Origin: a candidate division FCPU426 bacterium
Lineage (GTDB): Bacteria > Oederibacteriota > Muellerivitia > Muellerivitales > Muellerivitaceae
Assembly: GCA_963796105.1 (NCBI GenBank)
Contig: CAWCKJ010000004.1
Coordinates: 288,001 to 352,000, forward strand
Length of the DNA: 64,000 nucleotides
Direction of reading: 5' to 3'
In this document: positions 16,628-26,806 of the stretch, one piece after another
How positions within the stretch are numbered: the stretch's first letter is position 1
Layout: each line of letters opens with the position of its first letter
Program-made: the position numbers and the translations under genes
The notes under the pieces: generated by a model
Databases searched by the model: none
Seen by the model: only the letters and a program-made list of their open reading frames with translations
Told to the model about the DNA's origin: nothing

Positions 16628-18328
16628 TCAAAGGGAAGGTTGTTTGGACCGGATTTTTTCCAGGTAGTCCTTGTTGTCCGGGTCCAGTTGGAGGGCTTTC
16701 TGCCATTGGGCCTCGGCTTCCTCTTTTTCACCCAATTGCGTCAGCACCTGGGCCATATGGTCGTAAATGACCGCGTCGTCCTTTTGGGGGTTCTTGAGGT
16801 TTTGCAAGGCCTTCTCGAATACCACCCGGGCGCCGGCGAAATCCTTCAACCGGAAAAGCGCCCAGCCCAGGCTGTCCAGGTAATAGGCGTTTTCTGGGTC
16901 CAATTTCACGGCCTTCTCCAAATAGGCCTTGGCTTCCTCCAAATGGATTCCCTTATCCGCGTAGGAATAACCAATGTAATTGTAAGCCTCGGGATTATCC
17001 GGCTGGAGCTTGATGACCTTCTTGATTTGGTCCATGGAGTCGTCGAATTTGCCCGCCTTTTCCAGCAGCACTCCCAGCTCAAAATATGCCTGCACATTTT
17101 TGGGGTCCAATTGAACGGTCTTCCGGTAATCGGCTTCCGCCTCCTTCAGGTTTCCCCTCTCATGATTCAACATGCCCCTCATGAGAATGAGATCGGAGTT
17201 GTTCGGAATAGCTTTCAAGCCGTCGTTGATGGTTTTTTCCGTGAGATCGTCCTTCTTCTGTTTGTCATACAAAATGGCCAGCCTCTCCCATGCGTCGATG
17301 GACTTGGGATCCTTCTGGATGATGGCTTTCAATTGGGTTTCGGCCTGGTCCCATTCCTTATTTTCCTCGTAGGCGGCGGATAAGCGCAGGCGGGTCAGGG
17401 CGCTTTGGGGCTGCTTTTCCAGTACTTCCTGAAATGCCTCAATGGCTTGAGGATATTCCCTCAGCCGGAAATGGCAGAGGCCGATGTAATCCAAAACCGC
17501 CGAGTCGTTTGGTTTCAATTTCGAGTAGTTCTGGAACGCCTCCAGGGCCTGCCGCTCCTGCTTTTGGTTGTAATAAAGCTCCCCCAGGGCGAAATAAGCC
17601 AGGGAGTTATCTGGATTGACCTTGACCAAATCATTATAGGTCTCGATGGCTTTGTCGTTTTTCTGGTCCAATTCATAGACGAGCCCCAGGGAGGTATAGG
17701 CCGCCTCCAGGCTGGGATCGATCTGGATGGCTTTCTTGAAACAATCCTCCGCCTTCACCGCTTGATTTTCACGGGTATAGATGAGCCCCATGTTGTAATA
17801 AACGCCCGCCGATTTCGGGTTTTCATCCAGGATCTTTTGATAGGCGTCCAAGGATTCCTCGGTCTTGTTCTGGTTGGCCAAGACACCCGCCAGGAAATAG
17901 CGGGCTTGGGGGTTTTTAGGGTCGATTTTCAATACCTGTTGGTATTCCTTTTGAGCCTTTCCGAATTCATTCTGGCTGTTGAAGAGGTTCGCCAGTAGAA
18001 GCCGGTTGTCAATGTCGCCGGGATCCAATTTGATGGATTTCTGGAGTTCCTCCTCGGCTTTGTAGTCCATGCTTTCCATGTAATAAAAAAACGCGAGGCG
18101 GTTATGGATGGCCATGGACTTAGAGTCGAGATCGGAGGCTTTTTGGAATTCGGCGATGGCCCTTTCAGGATCATGGTTCTGCTGGGCCAGCATGCCGTTG
18201 GCGTAATGCCAGAAGGCCCTGGGATCGGCGGAAAGGCTCTCCTCCTCGGCGGTTAACAGGGCAGGGCGGAATAAAAAAAGACTTATTCCCAATATCAAGA
18301 AAACGGCTGGTTTTGCGTATTTGCCCAT
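16628..18328 (-). CDS. Exported multi-TPR protein
   Basis: Signal peptide; many TPRs; NYIGYSYAD and YLDSLGW motifs. Confidence 0.9.
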   Translation of the reverse strand: MGKYAKPAVFLILGISLFLFRPALLTAEEESLSADPRAFWHYANGMLAQQNHDPERAIAEFQKASDLDSKSMAIHNRLAFFYYMESMDYKAEEELQKSIKLDPGDIDNRLLLANLFNSQNEFGKAQKEYQQVLKIDPKNPQARYFLAGVLANQNKTEESLDAYQKILDENPKSAGVYYNMGLIYTRENQAVKAEDCFKKAIQIDPSLEAAYTSLGLVYELDQKNDKAIETYNDLVKVNPDNSLAYFALGELYYNQKQERQALEAFQNYSKLKPNDSAVLDYIGLCHFRLREYPQAIEAFQEVLEKQPQSALTRLRLSAAYEENKEWDQAETQLKAIIQKDPKSIDAWERLAILYDKQKKDDLTEKTINDGLKAIPNNSDLILMRGMLNHERGNLKEAEADYRKTVQLDPKNVQAYFELGVLLEKAGKFDDSMDQIKKVIKLQPDNPEAYNYIGYSYADKGIHLEEAKAYLEKAVKLDPENAYYLDSLGWALFRLKDFAGARVVFEKALQNLKNPQKDDAVIYDHMAQVLTQLGEKEEAEAQWQKALQLDPDNKDYLEKIRSKQPSL

Positions 18329-18344
18329 GTTGTTGGTATTCCGT

Positions 18345-18797
18345 TCAAACTTGCTTGATTGATTCATTGGCCTTCCGGAGCCGTTCGTTCGCGATTTTAA
18401 GGAAAACCATCACGACTTTCAGCGCGATCTCCGGATGTTTTTCCATCATCGTGTTGAAAGCCTTTTTCGTCATGACCATGAGGGTCGAGTCTTCAGCCAC
18501 CCTCGCGGAGGCGCTGCGCGGCCGGTTATCAATCAACGACATTTCCCCCAATAGCTCACCCTCTTTCAAGACAGCCAGGACGGCTTCCTGGTTATTTCCG
18601 GTCTTCTTGACCAGTTGAACCGATCCTTTCTTGATCAAATAAAGGATCTCGCCTTCCATCCCCTCGATAAAAAGAGTGGAGTTTTTCGTATAGTTCTTTT
18701 CGAAAAAAAACGAAGCCAAGCTGACTTTTTGTTCGGAATTCAAATCCAAGAAAAGGGGTAGGTTTTTCAAGGATTCAACATCGATGGGACCCGCCAT
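18345..18797 (-). CDS. Stand-alone cyclic nucleotide-binding domain protein
   Basis: LYLIKKGSV, GEMSLID.RPRSASARV. Confidence 0.9.
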   Translation of the reverse strand: MAGPIDVESLKNLPLFLDLNSEQKVSLASFFFEKNYTKNSTLFIEGMEGEILYLIKKGSVQLVKKTGNNQEAVLAVLKEGELLGEMSLIDNRPRSASARVAEDSTLMVMTKKAFNTMMEKHPEIALKVVMVFLKIANERLRKANESIKQV

Positions 18798-18967
18798 GAT
18801 TCCCCCTCGCGAAAAAGTAATTCGATTCCCAGCTTATCTTCCCACCCGTTCGGGTTGAGTTTTCCTCAAAACCGGTCCAGCCCTCCCCAGTTCGGGAAGG
18901 GTGCGTATTATAACACCCAAGGAGATAGGAATTCCCATCCCCTTCCCGCCTTGTCACGGCCTTCATA

Positions 18968-20278
18968 TTACCCGCTGAGAACCTTTCGAGCGGCCCCCAG
19001 GCCCTGTTCCATCGCGGATTCCATGGAGCCGTATTCCCAACGCCCATACCTCCCGACAGAAAGCACGTTTTTACGTTCATAAAATTCCAGCAAACGGCCC
19101 GCAGAATCCTCCCGGTTTTGGTCGTAAATCACATAAGCCCCCGGCAGATTCAGGTCTACCCTCGTAACCACATCCTGCGGGGAATGGATCCATTTCAACT
19201 TTTTGAGTTTTTCCAGCACATGGCGACCCAAAGATTCCGCGTCAGGCTTTCTTCCGCGGTAGGAAATCTCCACATACAGGGAGTAATGCCCCTTCGGAGT
19301 GACCCCCGGCACGCAGGCGCTCAAGGAACCCGCCCGGTGGAACAAAAATTCTTTTTCGGGAAAGTACACCCAACTATAGGGAATGGGCTGAAGGCCCTTT
19401 ATCCCGTAATTGATGTTATAGACGGAAGCAGCCTTTAGGCTGGAAGCCGCTCTTTGAAGAGGCGCGGGAAGACCTTGGGTCAAGGCGGCCAGCCCGGGTA
19501 AAGGCAGGCTGGAAACCAAGCTTTTGTATTTCAATTCCAGCCCCGAGGAAAAACAAGCCGTGTGTTTTTCGACATTAATCTTTTTTAATTCCATTCCGGT
19601 CCAAAGCCGGGGCAGCCCGCGCGAAACGGCCCCAGACAGGACGGCAATTCCGCCCGTTTCGGGATATAAAAAGGCAGCGTTATAACCTGCTTGGGAAGGC
19701 TGCCGTTTCAGGGCGCCTTGAATGACACGCAAAATCCTTGGCTCCGGAACAAACCTTCCCATCCAACGCCGGGAAAGTTTCCGCAGGGGGAATTTCCAAA
19801 GTTTTTCGTTGTAGGGAAACATGAAATTCTTTGAAATGCCATCCCCGAAAACGTGTTGGCAATAGGATTTGAAATCCTGCATTTGGTCCAAGTTCTCCGC
19901 CCCAAATCGGCGCCGGAGCATGGCCTCGAGATATCCTAAAACATTCTCTCGGATTGCGGCGGATGGCAATCCGGCGTTGTTCTCCTGGTAAGGATATTCG
20001 CAATAGGCGCTTTGGCTGAAAATAGCCGCGTGCCGGAGCCTTTTTTTCAACCTCAGCCCCGGCAAATTCAAAACCCACTTTTCCATCCCTGGTTTTTGAA
20101 AATGAAGGAAATGGCCAGTGTAGTCGAATGTGAATCCTTTGGTGAGAATCGTGCGGCAAAGGCCGCCTAATTCGCCGGTTTTCTCTGCCAAAAGATAGGG
20201 GCTTGAGGCCTCGGATAAAGCCCTCGCACAGGTAAGGCCCGCCAAACCCCCTCCGGCAATGAGAGTCTCAATCCTCAC
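18968..20278 (-). CDS. FAD-dependent oxidoreductase (protoporphyrinogen oxidase / UDP-Gal mutase-like)
   Basis: GGGLAGL, GGLCRT, FDYTGH, GRYGRWEY.SME. Confidence 0.8.
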   Translation of the reverse strand: MRIETLIAGGGLAGLTCARALSEASSPYLLAEKTGELGGLCRTILTKGFTFDYTGHFLHFQKPGMEKWVLNLPGLRLKKRLRHAAIFSQSAYCEYPYQENNAGLPSAAIRENVLGYLEAMLRRRFGAENLDQMQDFKSYCQHVFGDGISKNFMFPYNEKLWKFPLRKLSRRWMGRFVPEPRILRVIQGALKRQPSQAGYNAAFLYPETGGIAVLSGAVSRGLPRLWTGMELKKINVEKHTACFSSGLELKYKSLVSSLPLPGLAALTQGLPAPLQRAASSLKAASVYNINYGIKGLQPIPYSWVYFPEKEFLFHRAGSLSACVPGVTPKGHYSLYVEISYRGRKPDAESLGRHVLEKLKKLKWIHSPQDVVTRVDLNLPGAYVIYDQNREDSAGRLLEFYERKNVLSVGRYGRWEYGSMESAMEQGLGAARKVLSG

Positions 20279-21372
20279 TTCTTTTTCCTCGGCTTGGCCG
20301 GTTTACCGGCGGAGGGCGGTTCCAAACTGACGCGGAATGGGTTTTCTCGGATTTTCTTGAGCCCATCATCCACCTGCACGTTGGAAATGAAAAAAGTGAA
20401 GATCAAAGTCATGAAAAAAAACAAAACCATTAAAGCCAGTGCCCTTTTTTCGGATATGCGGACAAGCAACCCCGCCCCGCACGCTAGTAAAAAGGAAAGG
20501 GTCCAAAGGCTTAGGACTGTTTGCTTGACCGTAAATCCCAAGCGCCTGATACGCAGGGCCAAATGGTCGTTGGAACCCCTGAACATCGAGCGACCTTTCA
20601 GGAAGCGCAGAACCATGACCAGGGCTGTGTCGTAAAGGGGAATGCCTAGAATCAGCAGGGGTCCGCATAACGCGACCACGTTCATTTGGGAATAACCATG
20701 GCCCAAGGCGAATCCGGCGAGCATGAAACCCAGGAAAAGGGCTCCTGAGTCACCCATATAAATGCTCGCAGGTTGGAAATTATAGGGCAAGAATCCCAGA
20801 ACGCTTCCTCCCAGCGCCGCAGCCGTTAGGAGGACATAACTTTGCCCGCCGAGAAAAGGCACGAATACGAATCCGGCGCAGGCGACAAAGACGATTCCGC
20901 CCGCCAACCCATCCATGATATCGATCAGATTGACGGCATTGGTCACCGCCACGATCCAAAAGAGGGTCAATCCATATCCCAGAAGAGGATGGCTGGGAAG
21001 GAACTCCAATTTGACGCCGAAAAGAATCAGCAGACCCGCGGCCAGGAACTCAAAAAGAAACTTGACCGCCGGGGAGAGGGAAAAAAGATCATCCACTAAA
21101 CCCATCAAAGCCATGACTGTCCCCCCTACCAAAAGGGCCAGGATCCGAGATGAGTCCGGCAGAGGGGTCAAGACTAAGGTTCCAAGAATAGCCATTAAAA
21201 AGGAGAAATAAACAGCCAATCCGCCCAAATAAGGGACGGGGGCAGTGTGTTTTTTAAGCTGGCCCAAGGGGGTATCCAGGAATTGGGATCTCCTGGCGAT
21301 CTTCCGGAATAGGGGGGTCAATCCAAGGGATAACATGAAGGAAATGATAAAAACAGACCAATTCGCGTTCGT
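20275..21372 (-). CDS. MraY/WecA/TagO-family polyprenyl-phosphate GlcNAc-1-phosphate transferase
   Basis: PYLGGLAV, GLVDD, TNAVNLIDIMDGL, YMGDSG; the start next to the SD is ACG at 21372 (first ATG at 21336). Confidence 0.88.
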   Translation of the reverse strand, partial: TNANWSVFIISFMLSLGLTPLFRKIARRSQFLDTPLGQLKKHTAPVPYLGGLAVYFSFLMAILGTLVLTPLPDSSRILALLVGGTVMALMGLVDDLFSLSPAVKFLFEFLAAGLLILFGVKLEFLPSHPLLGYGLTLFWIVAVTNAVNLIDIMDGLAGGIVFVACAGFVFVPFLGGQSYVLLTAAALGGSVLGFLPYNFQPASIYMGDSGALFLGFMLAGFALGHGYSQMNVVALCGPLLILGIPLYDTALVMVLRFLKGRSMFRGSNDHLALRIRRLGFTVKQTVLSLWTLSFLLACGAGLLVRISEKRALALMVLFFFMTLIFTFFISNVQVDDGLKKIRENPFRVSLEPPSAGKPAKPRKKK

Positions 21373-21515
21373 GAATCACCTCCGAAAGCTTGAAATGTAG
21401 GGAATCAGCACTTAAGTATTAAATATTGAGGTTTTTACCTATTGACCGCCCGCAATATAACATAAGGCTGGTTCATCCCCAATTGGGGATGATCGGAATT
21501 GAAAGGATTTTGGAC

Positions 21516-21547
21516 AAAAAAAAGCCCCGGTGGGTCAGACCGAGGCT
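21516..21547 (-). terminator. Intrinsic terminator
   Basis: AGCCTCGGT-CTGACCC-ACCGGGGCT followed by a T run. Confidence 0.85.
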
Positions 21548-21609
21548 CCTAGGAGGTGAGTGTTTTAAAGATGTTTCGTTTGAAAGCCAGCCAACTAAAG
21601 CCAGCTGAC
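21516..21609 (-). ncRNA. Candidate sigma54-dependent small RNA (~95 nt) with an anti-SD seed
   Basis: Lies between a -24/-12 promoter and an intrinsic terminator; 5' hairpin; CUCACCUCCU just before the terminator; no ORF on this strand. Confidence 0.65.
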
Positions 21610-21619
21610 TACTTTAATA

Positions 21620-21635
21620 AGCAAAGTCTATGCCA
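21620..21635 (-). promoter_or_regulatory. Sigma54 (-24/-12) promoter
   Basis: TGGCATAGACTTTGCT = GG-N10-GC with TGGCA and TTGCT cores. Confidence 0.8.
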
Positions 21636-21698
21636 TGTTTTGGCGCATAGAAAAGCATTGAAAAACAAGGGTTTTTGGAAATAAATGAAAAATATAAC

Positions 21699-21744
21699 TG
21701 TATAAAAATTTTACACTATCAACAAAGTGTATTAATACTTAACA
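21699..21744. promoter_or_regulatory. Two upstream activator sequences, TGT-N11-ACA
   Basis: TGTATAAAAATTTTACA (21699-21715) and TGTATTAATACTTAACA (21728-21744). Confidence 0.65.
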
Positions 21745-21749
21745 CTTTT

Positions 21750-23633
21750 TCATTTGCTTTCCAGCGTAATCCCATATTTCCTCATTTTTTGATAAAGAGT
21801 TGGGCGGCTGATCCCCAATTTATTTGCTGCCCGTTTCTTGTTAAATCGCAAATCCTTCAATATCCTTAAAATCATGTCTTTTTCGACTGTTTCCAGGACA
21901 CCCGCGTTCGGCATGGTTTGTGTGTAGTGAGAAAGGTCGGAATTGAAATTCGTGATTTCGGGGGGCAAATGCTGGGGTTGAATCAAAATATCGTCGTTCA
22001 GGGTCACGATCCTCTCAATCACGTTTTCCAATTCCCGCACATTCCCCGGCCAACGGTGGCGCTGCAGGATCTCCAAAGCCTTGGCCGATACCCCCTCAAA
22101 ACGGTTGGGTTTCTTGCCTCTCATTCGTTCCAAGAAATACCGGATGAGAAGGATCATGTCTCCCTCCCTTTCGCGCAACGGAGGCATTTCAATCACGATC
22201 ACGTTCAACCGATAGAAGAGATCCTCCCGAAACCTGCCGTTTTGGATCGCCTTTTTCAAATTCCGGTTGGTCGCGCAGATCACGCGGATGTTCACCTTAA
22301 GCGTGTCATTTCCTCCCACCCTCTGGAATTCCCGCTCCTGAAGCACCCGAAGAAGCTTAACCTGGGTGGCAAGGGAGATGTCCCCGATCTCATCGAGAAA
22401 TATTGTTCCCTTGTCCGCGATCTCGAATTTTCCTTTTTTCTGGCCGATGGCCCCCGTAAAGGATCCTTGTTCATGTCCGAATAGCTCGCTTTCCAATAGC
22501 GATTCGCTTAAAGCCGCGCATGCGATCGGCACAAAGGGTTTATCGTGTCTTCCCGATTGCTGATGAACCGCCCGGGCAACAAGTTCTTTTCCAGTCCCAT
22601 TCTCCCCCAAAATCAATACAGTCGCGTCGCTGGCGGCAGCCCTCTTGATCAAATCCTGGATTTTCCGCATCGGCAGACTGTTCCCGATGAGGTTGGATTC
22701 CTCCAACAGCCGGCCTTTATCGGACGCAGCTACTGAGACCATTGATTTTGAAATGGAAAAAAGGATGGAAGCCGCGTCCTTGGACGATTTGACGAAATCC
22801 TCATAATCCTCCTTCATCCTTCCCGTCAAACCTTCATGGTAATAGACCTGCCCCAGATTATATACAGCGTTCACGTGTCCTGGGTTCACCTTGAGAACCG
22901 CCTTGAACTCAGCCACGGCCTTTTCCAGATCCCCTTTTTTGAAATACCCGATCCCAAGACCGTTTTGAATGTTTAGCCGTTCCTCTCCTACAGGAAAAAT
23001 TTTTAACGCCTTTTTATAGACTTTGATGGCCTCGTCATAACGTTCCAAAGCCATGAGGCATTCCCCAATGCTCCCCAACGCCATAACATTCACAGGATTT
23101 CCCCCAATCACTAATTGATATTGCTCCAAAGCCTTCTCAAGCTCACCTCTTTCCTTGTAAAGAGCTCCCAAGTTGAGATGGCATTGAAAAGTAAGGGACT
23201 CCGAGGAATGAAAAAGACCGAGATAATAGCTTCCCGGGGTTATTGGATGGATCAAATGCAGTGTTTCCATGAAGGAAAACATGGCGTCGTTGACATGGCC
23301 CCTTTTCATATGCATGAGCCCGATGTTGAAGTGGGTGTCCAATTGGTTTGGCTGGATTTTCAAGGCCTTTGCGTAATAATCCACGGCCATGTTGAAATCC
23401 TGCAAATGAAAGGCGGCGTGGCCGGCATCCCGAATCGAAAAAGCGCTGAATGGTTTTTTCTTTACCACTGCCTTGAAAAGCTTGAGAGCTTCGACGTATT
23501 CCCCTTCCTCGAATGCATCCATACCATCCATGGTTTCCTTTTCCAATGCCTCCTGGACCGCCCCGCAAACCGGGCAAAAATGGTATTCAGTTTGGAGAGT
23601 CTGCCCGCATTCACGGCAAGTGTAGGTATCCAT
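21750..23633 (-). CDS. Sigma54 enhancer-binding protein with N-terminal Zn-ribbon and TPR sensory region
   Basis: CxxC..CxxC, TPRs, [48 protein letters not shown], Fis-type HTH. Confidence 0.93.
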   Translation of the reverse strand: MDTYTCRECGQTLQTEYHFCPVCGAVQEALEKETMDGMDAFEEGEYVEALKLFKAVVKKKPFSAFSIRDAGHAAFHLQDFNMAVDYYAKALKIQPNQLDTHFNIGLMHMKRGHVNDAMFSFMETLHLIHPITPGSYYLGLFHSSESLTFQCHLNLGALYKERGELEKALEQYQLVIGGNPVNVMALGSIGECLMALERYDEAIKVYKKALKIFPVGEERLNIQNGLGIGYFKKGDLEKAVAEFKAVLKVNPGHVNAVYNLGQVYYHEGLTGRMKEDYEDFVKSSKDAASILFSISKSMVSVAASDKGRLLEESNLIGNSLPMRKIQDLIKRAAASDATVLILGENGTGKELVARAVHQQSGRHDKPFVPIACAALSESLLESELFGHEQGSFTGAIGQKKGKFEIADKGTIFLDEIGDISLATQVKLLRVLQEREFQRVGGNDTLKVNIRVICATNRNLKKAIQNGRFREDLFYRLNVIVIEMPPLREREGDMILLIRYFLERMRGKKPNRFEGVSAKALEILQRHRWPGNVRELENVIERIVTLNDDILIQPQHLPPEITNFNSDLSHYTQTMPNAGVLETVEKDMILRILKDLRFNKKRAANKLGISRPTLYQKMRKYGITLESK

Positions 23634-23636
23634 GGC

Positions 23637-24056
23637 TTAATCCCCGGGCCGAGTTGTCTTAGGGCCTAAGTCCTTTGGAGCCTTTGATTTTTTTCGAGGT
23701 TTTTTGGGAACGGATGAGAGCTTCTCAATTTGAAGGGTGACTAAGTGGTTGGCCTGCGGATGATCTGCGTAATTTTTTCTGAGTCTTTCATAATATTTCC
23801 GGGCTTCCGTCAGGCGTCCTGCCTTCTCAAGTTTGTATCCCTTTCGAAATACTTTTTCAAACTCAATCAAGCGCTGCTGGTCGGCCTCGGACAAATGGGT
23901 GGTCCAAAGAAAACCGGAAGCCGTCAAAGCAGCCAAAGTCATCAAATAGATGAAGTAAGGGGGAAAAACCAAGACTCCCAAAAGATTGACGATTGTCAAT
24001 CCTCCCCAATCCACGTTTTTCAAAATAGTTTTTTGCAAAAGCAGGCTCCCAAACAA
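23637..24056 (-). CDS. Hypothetical membrane protein with a TPR-like helix pair
   Basis: TM segment then a helical region; abuts the activator gene. Confidence 0.55.
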   Translation of the reverse strand: MFGSLLLQKTILKNVDWGGLTIVNLLGVLVFPPYFIYLMTLAALTASGFLWTTHLSEADQQRLIEFEKVFRKGYKLEKAGRLTEARKYYERLRKNYADHPQANHLVTLQIEKLSSVPKKPRKKSKAPKDLGPKTTRPGD

Positions 24057-24084
24057 GCGTAAATAAATCTTACACTAATTGGCC

Positions 24085-24112
24085 AAAAAAAAACCCGGTT
24101 TTTCAACCGGGG
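24085..24112 (-). terminator. Terminator after pnp
   Basis: CCCGGTT-GAAA-AACCGGG followed by T9. Confidence 0.8.
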
Positions 24113-24165
24113 CCTTATTCTCTTAAATTATATAACGTAATCGGGATTACCCCGGTTTTTCCGTG

Positions 24166-26274
24166 TTACTTGCCGCGGTAATCCTCGATTTTCAAGTCCA
24201 GGGCGTCTTTTCGTGAAAGCTTGATTTTTTTGGTCTTGGGATCTATCCCAATGCACTTGACCAATAACTCATCCCCTTCCTTGAGCACATCCTCCACGTG
24301 TTCAACTCGTTTGCGGTCCAGTTGGGAGATATGCACCAGCCCATCCGTCCCCGGGATGATTTCAACAAAAGCCCCAAAATCCATGATCTTTTTCACGGTT
24401 CCCAGGTAAATTTTCCCTTCCTCGGCCTCCTCCATGAGGCTTCCGATGAATTTTTGGGCATTCTCTATATCCTTACCGTTCGCGGAAGAGATATGCACAG
24501 AACCGTCATCCTCCACGCTGACTTCCACGTGGAAATCGTCCTGGATTTTTTTGATGGTAGCCCCACCTTTTCCAATGATCTCGCGAATCCGGTCCACCGG
24601 CACCTTCAGGGTGACGATTCTGGGAGCGTATGGGGATAATTTTTCCCGGGGTGTCTTCAGGCTCTGATCCATCACGTCCAGGATGGTCAAGCGCCCTTGT
24701 TTGGCCTGTGCCAGGCCTTTTTCGATGATTTCAAAGGGCAATCCGAAAATCTTAATGTCCATTTGAATGGCTGTGATGCCCTTGCGAGTACCGGCCACCT
24801 TGAAATCCATATCCCCGAAATGATCTTCTAATCCTTGGATATCGGTCAAAATAGCGTACTTGGACATGTCCTCGTTTGAGATCAACCCCAGGGCCACGCC
24901 CGCGCAAGGACTCTTAATGGGTACTCCCGCGTCCATCAAGGAAAGGGACGCTCCGCACACGGACGCCATGGAGGAGGAACCGTTTGATTCCAAAATATCC
25001 GAGTTCACTTGAATGGTATAGGGAAACTGCTCCCGATCGGGTAAAAGAGACTCGATGGCTCTTTCCGCCAGGGCGCCATGCCCTATTTCCCGGCGTCCAG
25101 GGCCACCCAAGCGCTTGATTTCGCCCACGGAGTAAGGGGGAAAATTATAATGAAGCATGAAATGCTTCTTTTGCTCCCCTTCCAGTTCCTCTAAAATCTG
25201 CTGGTCATCTTTTGTGCCCAAGGTCGTAACAACCAACGCCTGGGTCTGCCCCCGCGTGAAAAGGGCCGAGCCATGAGTTCGGGGTAACACTCCCACTTCG
25301 CAGGTGATGGGCCTGAACTCGTCGAATTTCCTTCCATCCTGCCTCTCATGCCGTTCCAAAATGGCTTCCCGGACCAAGTCGGACTCGATGGAATGCATGA
25401 TTCCATGGATTTCCTTTTCCTTCTCCGGGTATTTCTCTTTCAGGGCTTCACTGGCGTCTTTCCCGACCTGGGCGATTTTCTCCTGCCTGACCAGTTTGTC
25501 CTTTTCGGCCATCGCGGCTTTCATCTTCGAAAGAGCGAAAGTTTTGACATCAGTTACCAGCGCCTCATCCGGCTTCACCAGAGTCAAAGCCCGCTTAGGT
25601 TTTCCGATTTTCTTTACCAGTTGCTCCTGGAGATCGACAATTTTCTGGCATGCCTGGTGGGCCTGCTTGACTGCCTCCAATATCACGGATTCCGATTCCT
25701 CCCGTGCGCTTCCCTCGACCATGACCACCGCTTTTCGGCTCGCTGCCACCACCAGATCCAGAGTACTGGTTTCCATTTGCTTGAAGGTAGGGTTGATGAT
25801 CAAGTCCCCATTCACCCGGCCTACCCTCACGCACCCGAACATGTTGCTCACCGGAATGTCGGATATCGCCAATGCCGCCGAAGCGGCTGAAACTGCCAGA
25901 ACATCGGAATCATTCTCTTGATCCGAGGAAATGACTGTCGCCATCAACTGAATCTCATTGAAAAAACCATCTGGAAATAATGGCCGGATCGGCCGGTCAA
26001 TCAGGCGGGAAGTCAGGGTTTCCTTCGTGCGGGGGCGGCCTTCCCTCTTGAACCAGCCGCCGGGAATGCGGCCTGCGGCCGATGTTTTTTCACGGTATTC
26101 GACGGTGAGCGGAAAGAAATCCTTGCCCGGCATGGGCTCCTTGGCCCCCACCACGGCGACCAACACCACTGTCTCCCCAAATTGGGCCAAGATGGCCCCA
26201 TCCGCCTGCTTGGCCATGCGGCCTGTTTCAAATGACAAAGTCGAATTCGCGAGCGTACAAGAAACACGTTCCAT
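24166..26274 (-). CDS. pnp: Polyribonucleotide nucleotidyltransferase
   Basis: FFPLTVEYRE, RLIDRPIRPLF, RREIGHG, GDMDFKVAGT; KH and S1 domains. Confidence 0.98.
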   Translation of the reverse strand: MERVSCTLANSTLSFETGRMAKQADGAILAQFGETVVLVAVVGAKEPMPGKDFFPLTVEYREKTSAAGRIPGGWFKREGRPRTKETLTSRLIDRPIRPLFPDGFFNEIQLMATVISSDQENDSDVLAVSAASAALAISDIPVSNMFGCVRVGRVNGDLIINPTFKQMETSTLDLVVAASRKAVVMVEGSAREESESVILEAVKQAHQACQKIVDLQEQLVKKIGKPKRALTLVKPDEALVTDVKTFALSKMKAAMAEKDKLVRQEKIAQVGKDASEALKEKYPEKEKEIHGIMHSIESDLVREAILERHERQDGRKFDEFRPITCEVGVLPRTHGSALFTRGQTQALVVTTLGTKDDQQILEELEGEQKKHFMLHYNFPPYSVGEIKRLGGPGRREIGHGALAERAIESLLPDREQFPYTIQVNSDILESNGSSSMASVCGASLSLMDAGVPIKSPCAGVALGLISNEDMSKYAILTDIQGLEDHFGDMDFKVAGTRKGITAIQMDIKIFGLPFEIIEKGLAQAKQGRLTILDVMDQSLKTPREKLSPYAPRIVTLKVPVDRIREIIGKGGATIKKIQDDFHVEVSVEDDGSVHISSANGKDIENAQKFIGSLMEEAEEGKIYLGTVKKIMDFGAFVEIIPGTDGLVHISQLDRKRVEHVEDVLKEGDELLVKCIGIDPKTKKIKLSRKDALDLKIEDYRGK

Positions 26275-26309
26275 TTATTTCCTCCTCTATTAATTGTGAT
26301 AATTCAGGG

Positions 26310-26576
26310 TTATTTGCGCAGGCCCAAACGATCAAGAAGCGCGGCATACCGCTTCACGTCGTATTTTTTCAGGTAATCTAATAGCCTTCGCCGCTGTCCG
26401 ACAAGTTTCAATAGACCTCGGCGCGAAGCATGATCCTTGGGATGGGATTTGAAATGCTCGTTTAAATATTTGATGCGCTCGGTGATGAGCGCGATCTGGA
26501 CGTCCGGGGAACCCGTATCCCCTTCCTTTAACTTGAAATCTTGAATGAGCTGTGTTTTCTTTTCCTTCGTCATCAT
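26310..26576 (-). CDS. rpsO: 30S ribosomal protein S15
   Basis: [30 protein letters not shown]. Confidence 0.98.
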   Translation of the reverse strand: MMTKEKKTQLIQDFKLKEGDTGSPDVQIALITERIKYLNEHFKSHPKDHASRRGLLKLVGQRRRLLDYLKKYDVKRYAALLDRLGLRK

Positions 26577-26728
26577 GGCACTTGACTCCTCAAAATATTA
26601 TTTGCCGGATTTCCCCTTTTCCAAGCAGCCGTTTGAGTGAACGGATACCGAGAAAAGGATCATTACCCTTCCGCCCTCTGTTCAATCAAGGCCGGACTCA
26701 CGCCCAATACCCCAGGCGCAAGGGCAGT

Positions 26729-26757
26729 ATTCTAGGGGCTTTGACCCGGAGTGTAAA
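26729..26757 (-). promoter_or_regulatory. Sigma70 promoter of rpsO-pnp
   Basis: TTTACA-17-TAGAAT. Confidence 0.6.
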
Positions 26758-26806
26758 GGCATATGACTTGTGGACGCGATGGATTCTCCCGGGGTTTTAT
26801 AGGCTT

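Noticed and set aside
16640..17998. Long plus-strand ORFs opposite the TPR gene (similar ones lie opposite pnp, proS and dnaK)
   Set aside because: Antisense shadows of well-supported genes
21571..21684. Plus-strand 37-aa ORF after AGGAGGTGAG, as an alternative to the sRNA
   Set aside because: SD-ATG spacing is about 14 nt; promoter, enhancer sites and terminator polarity all point to the minus strand
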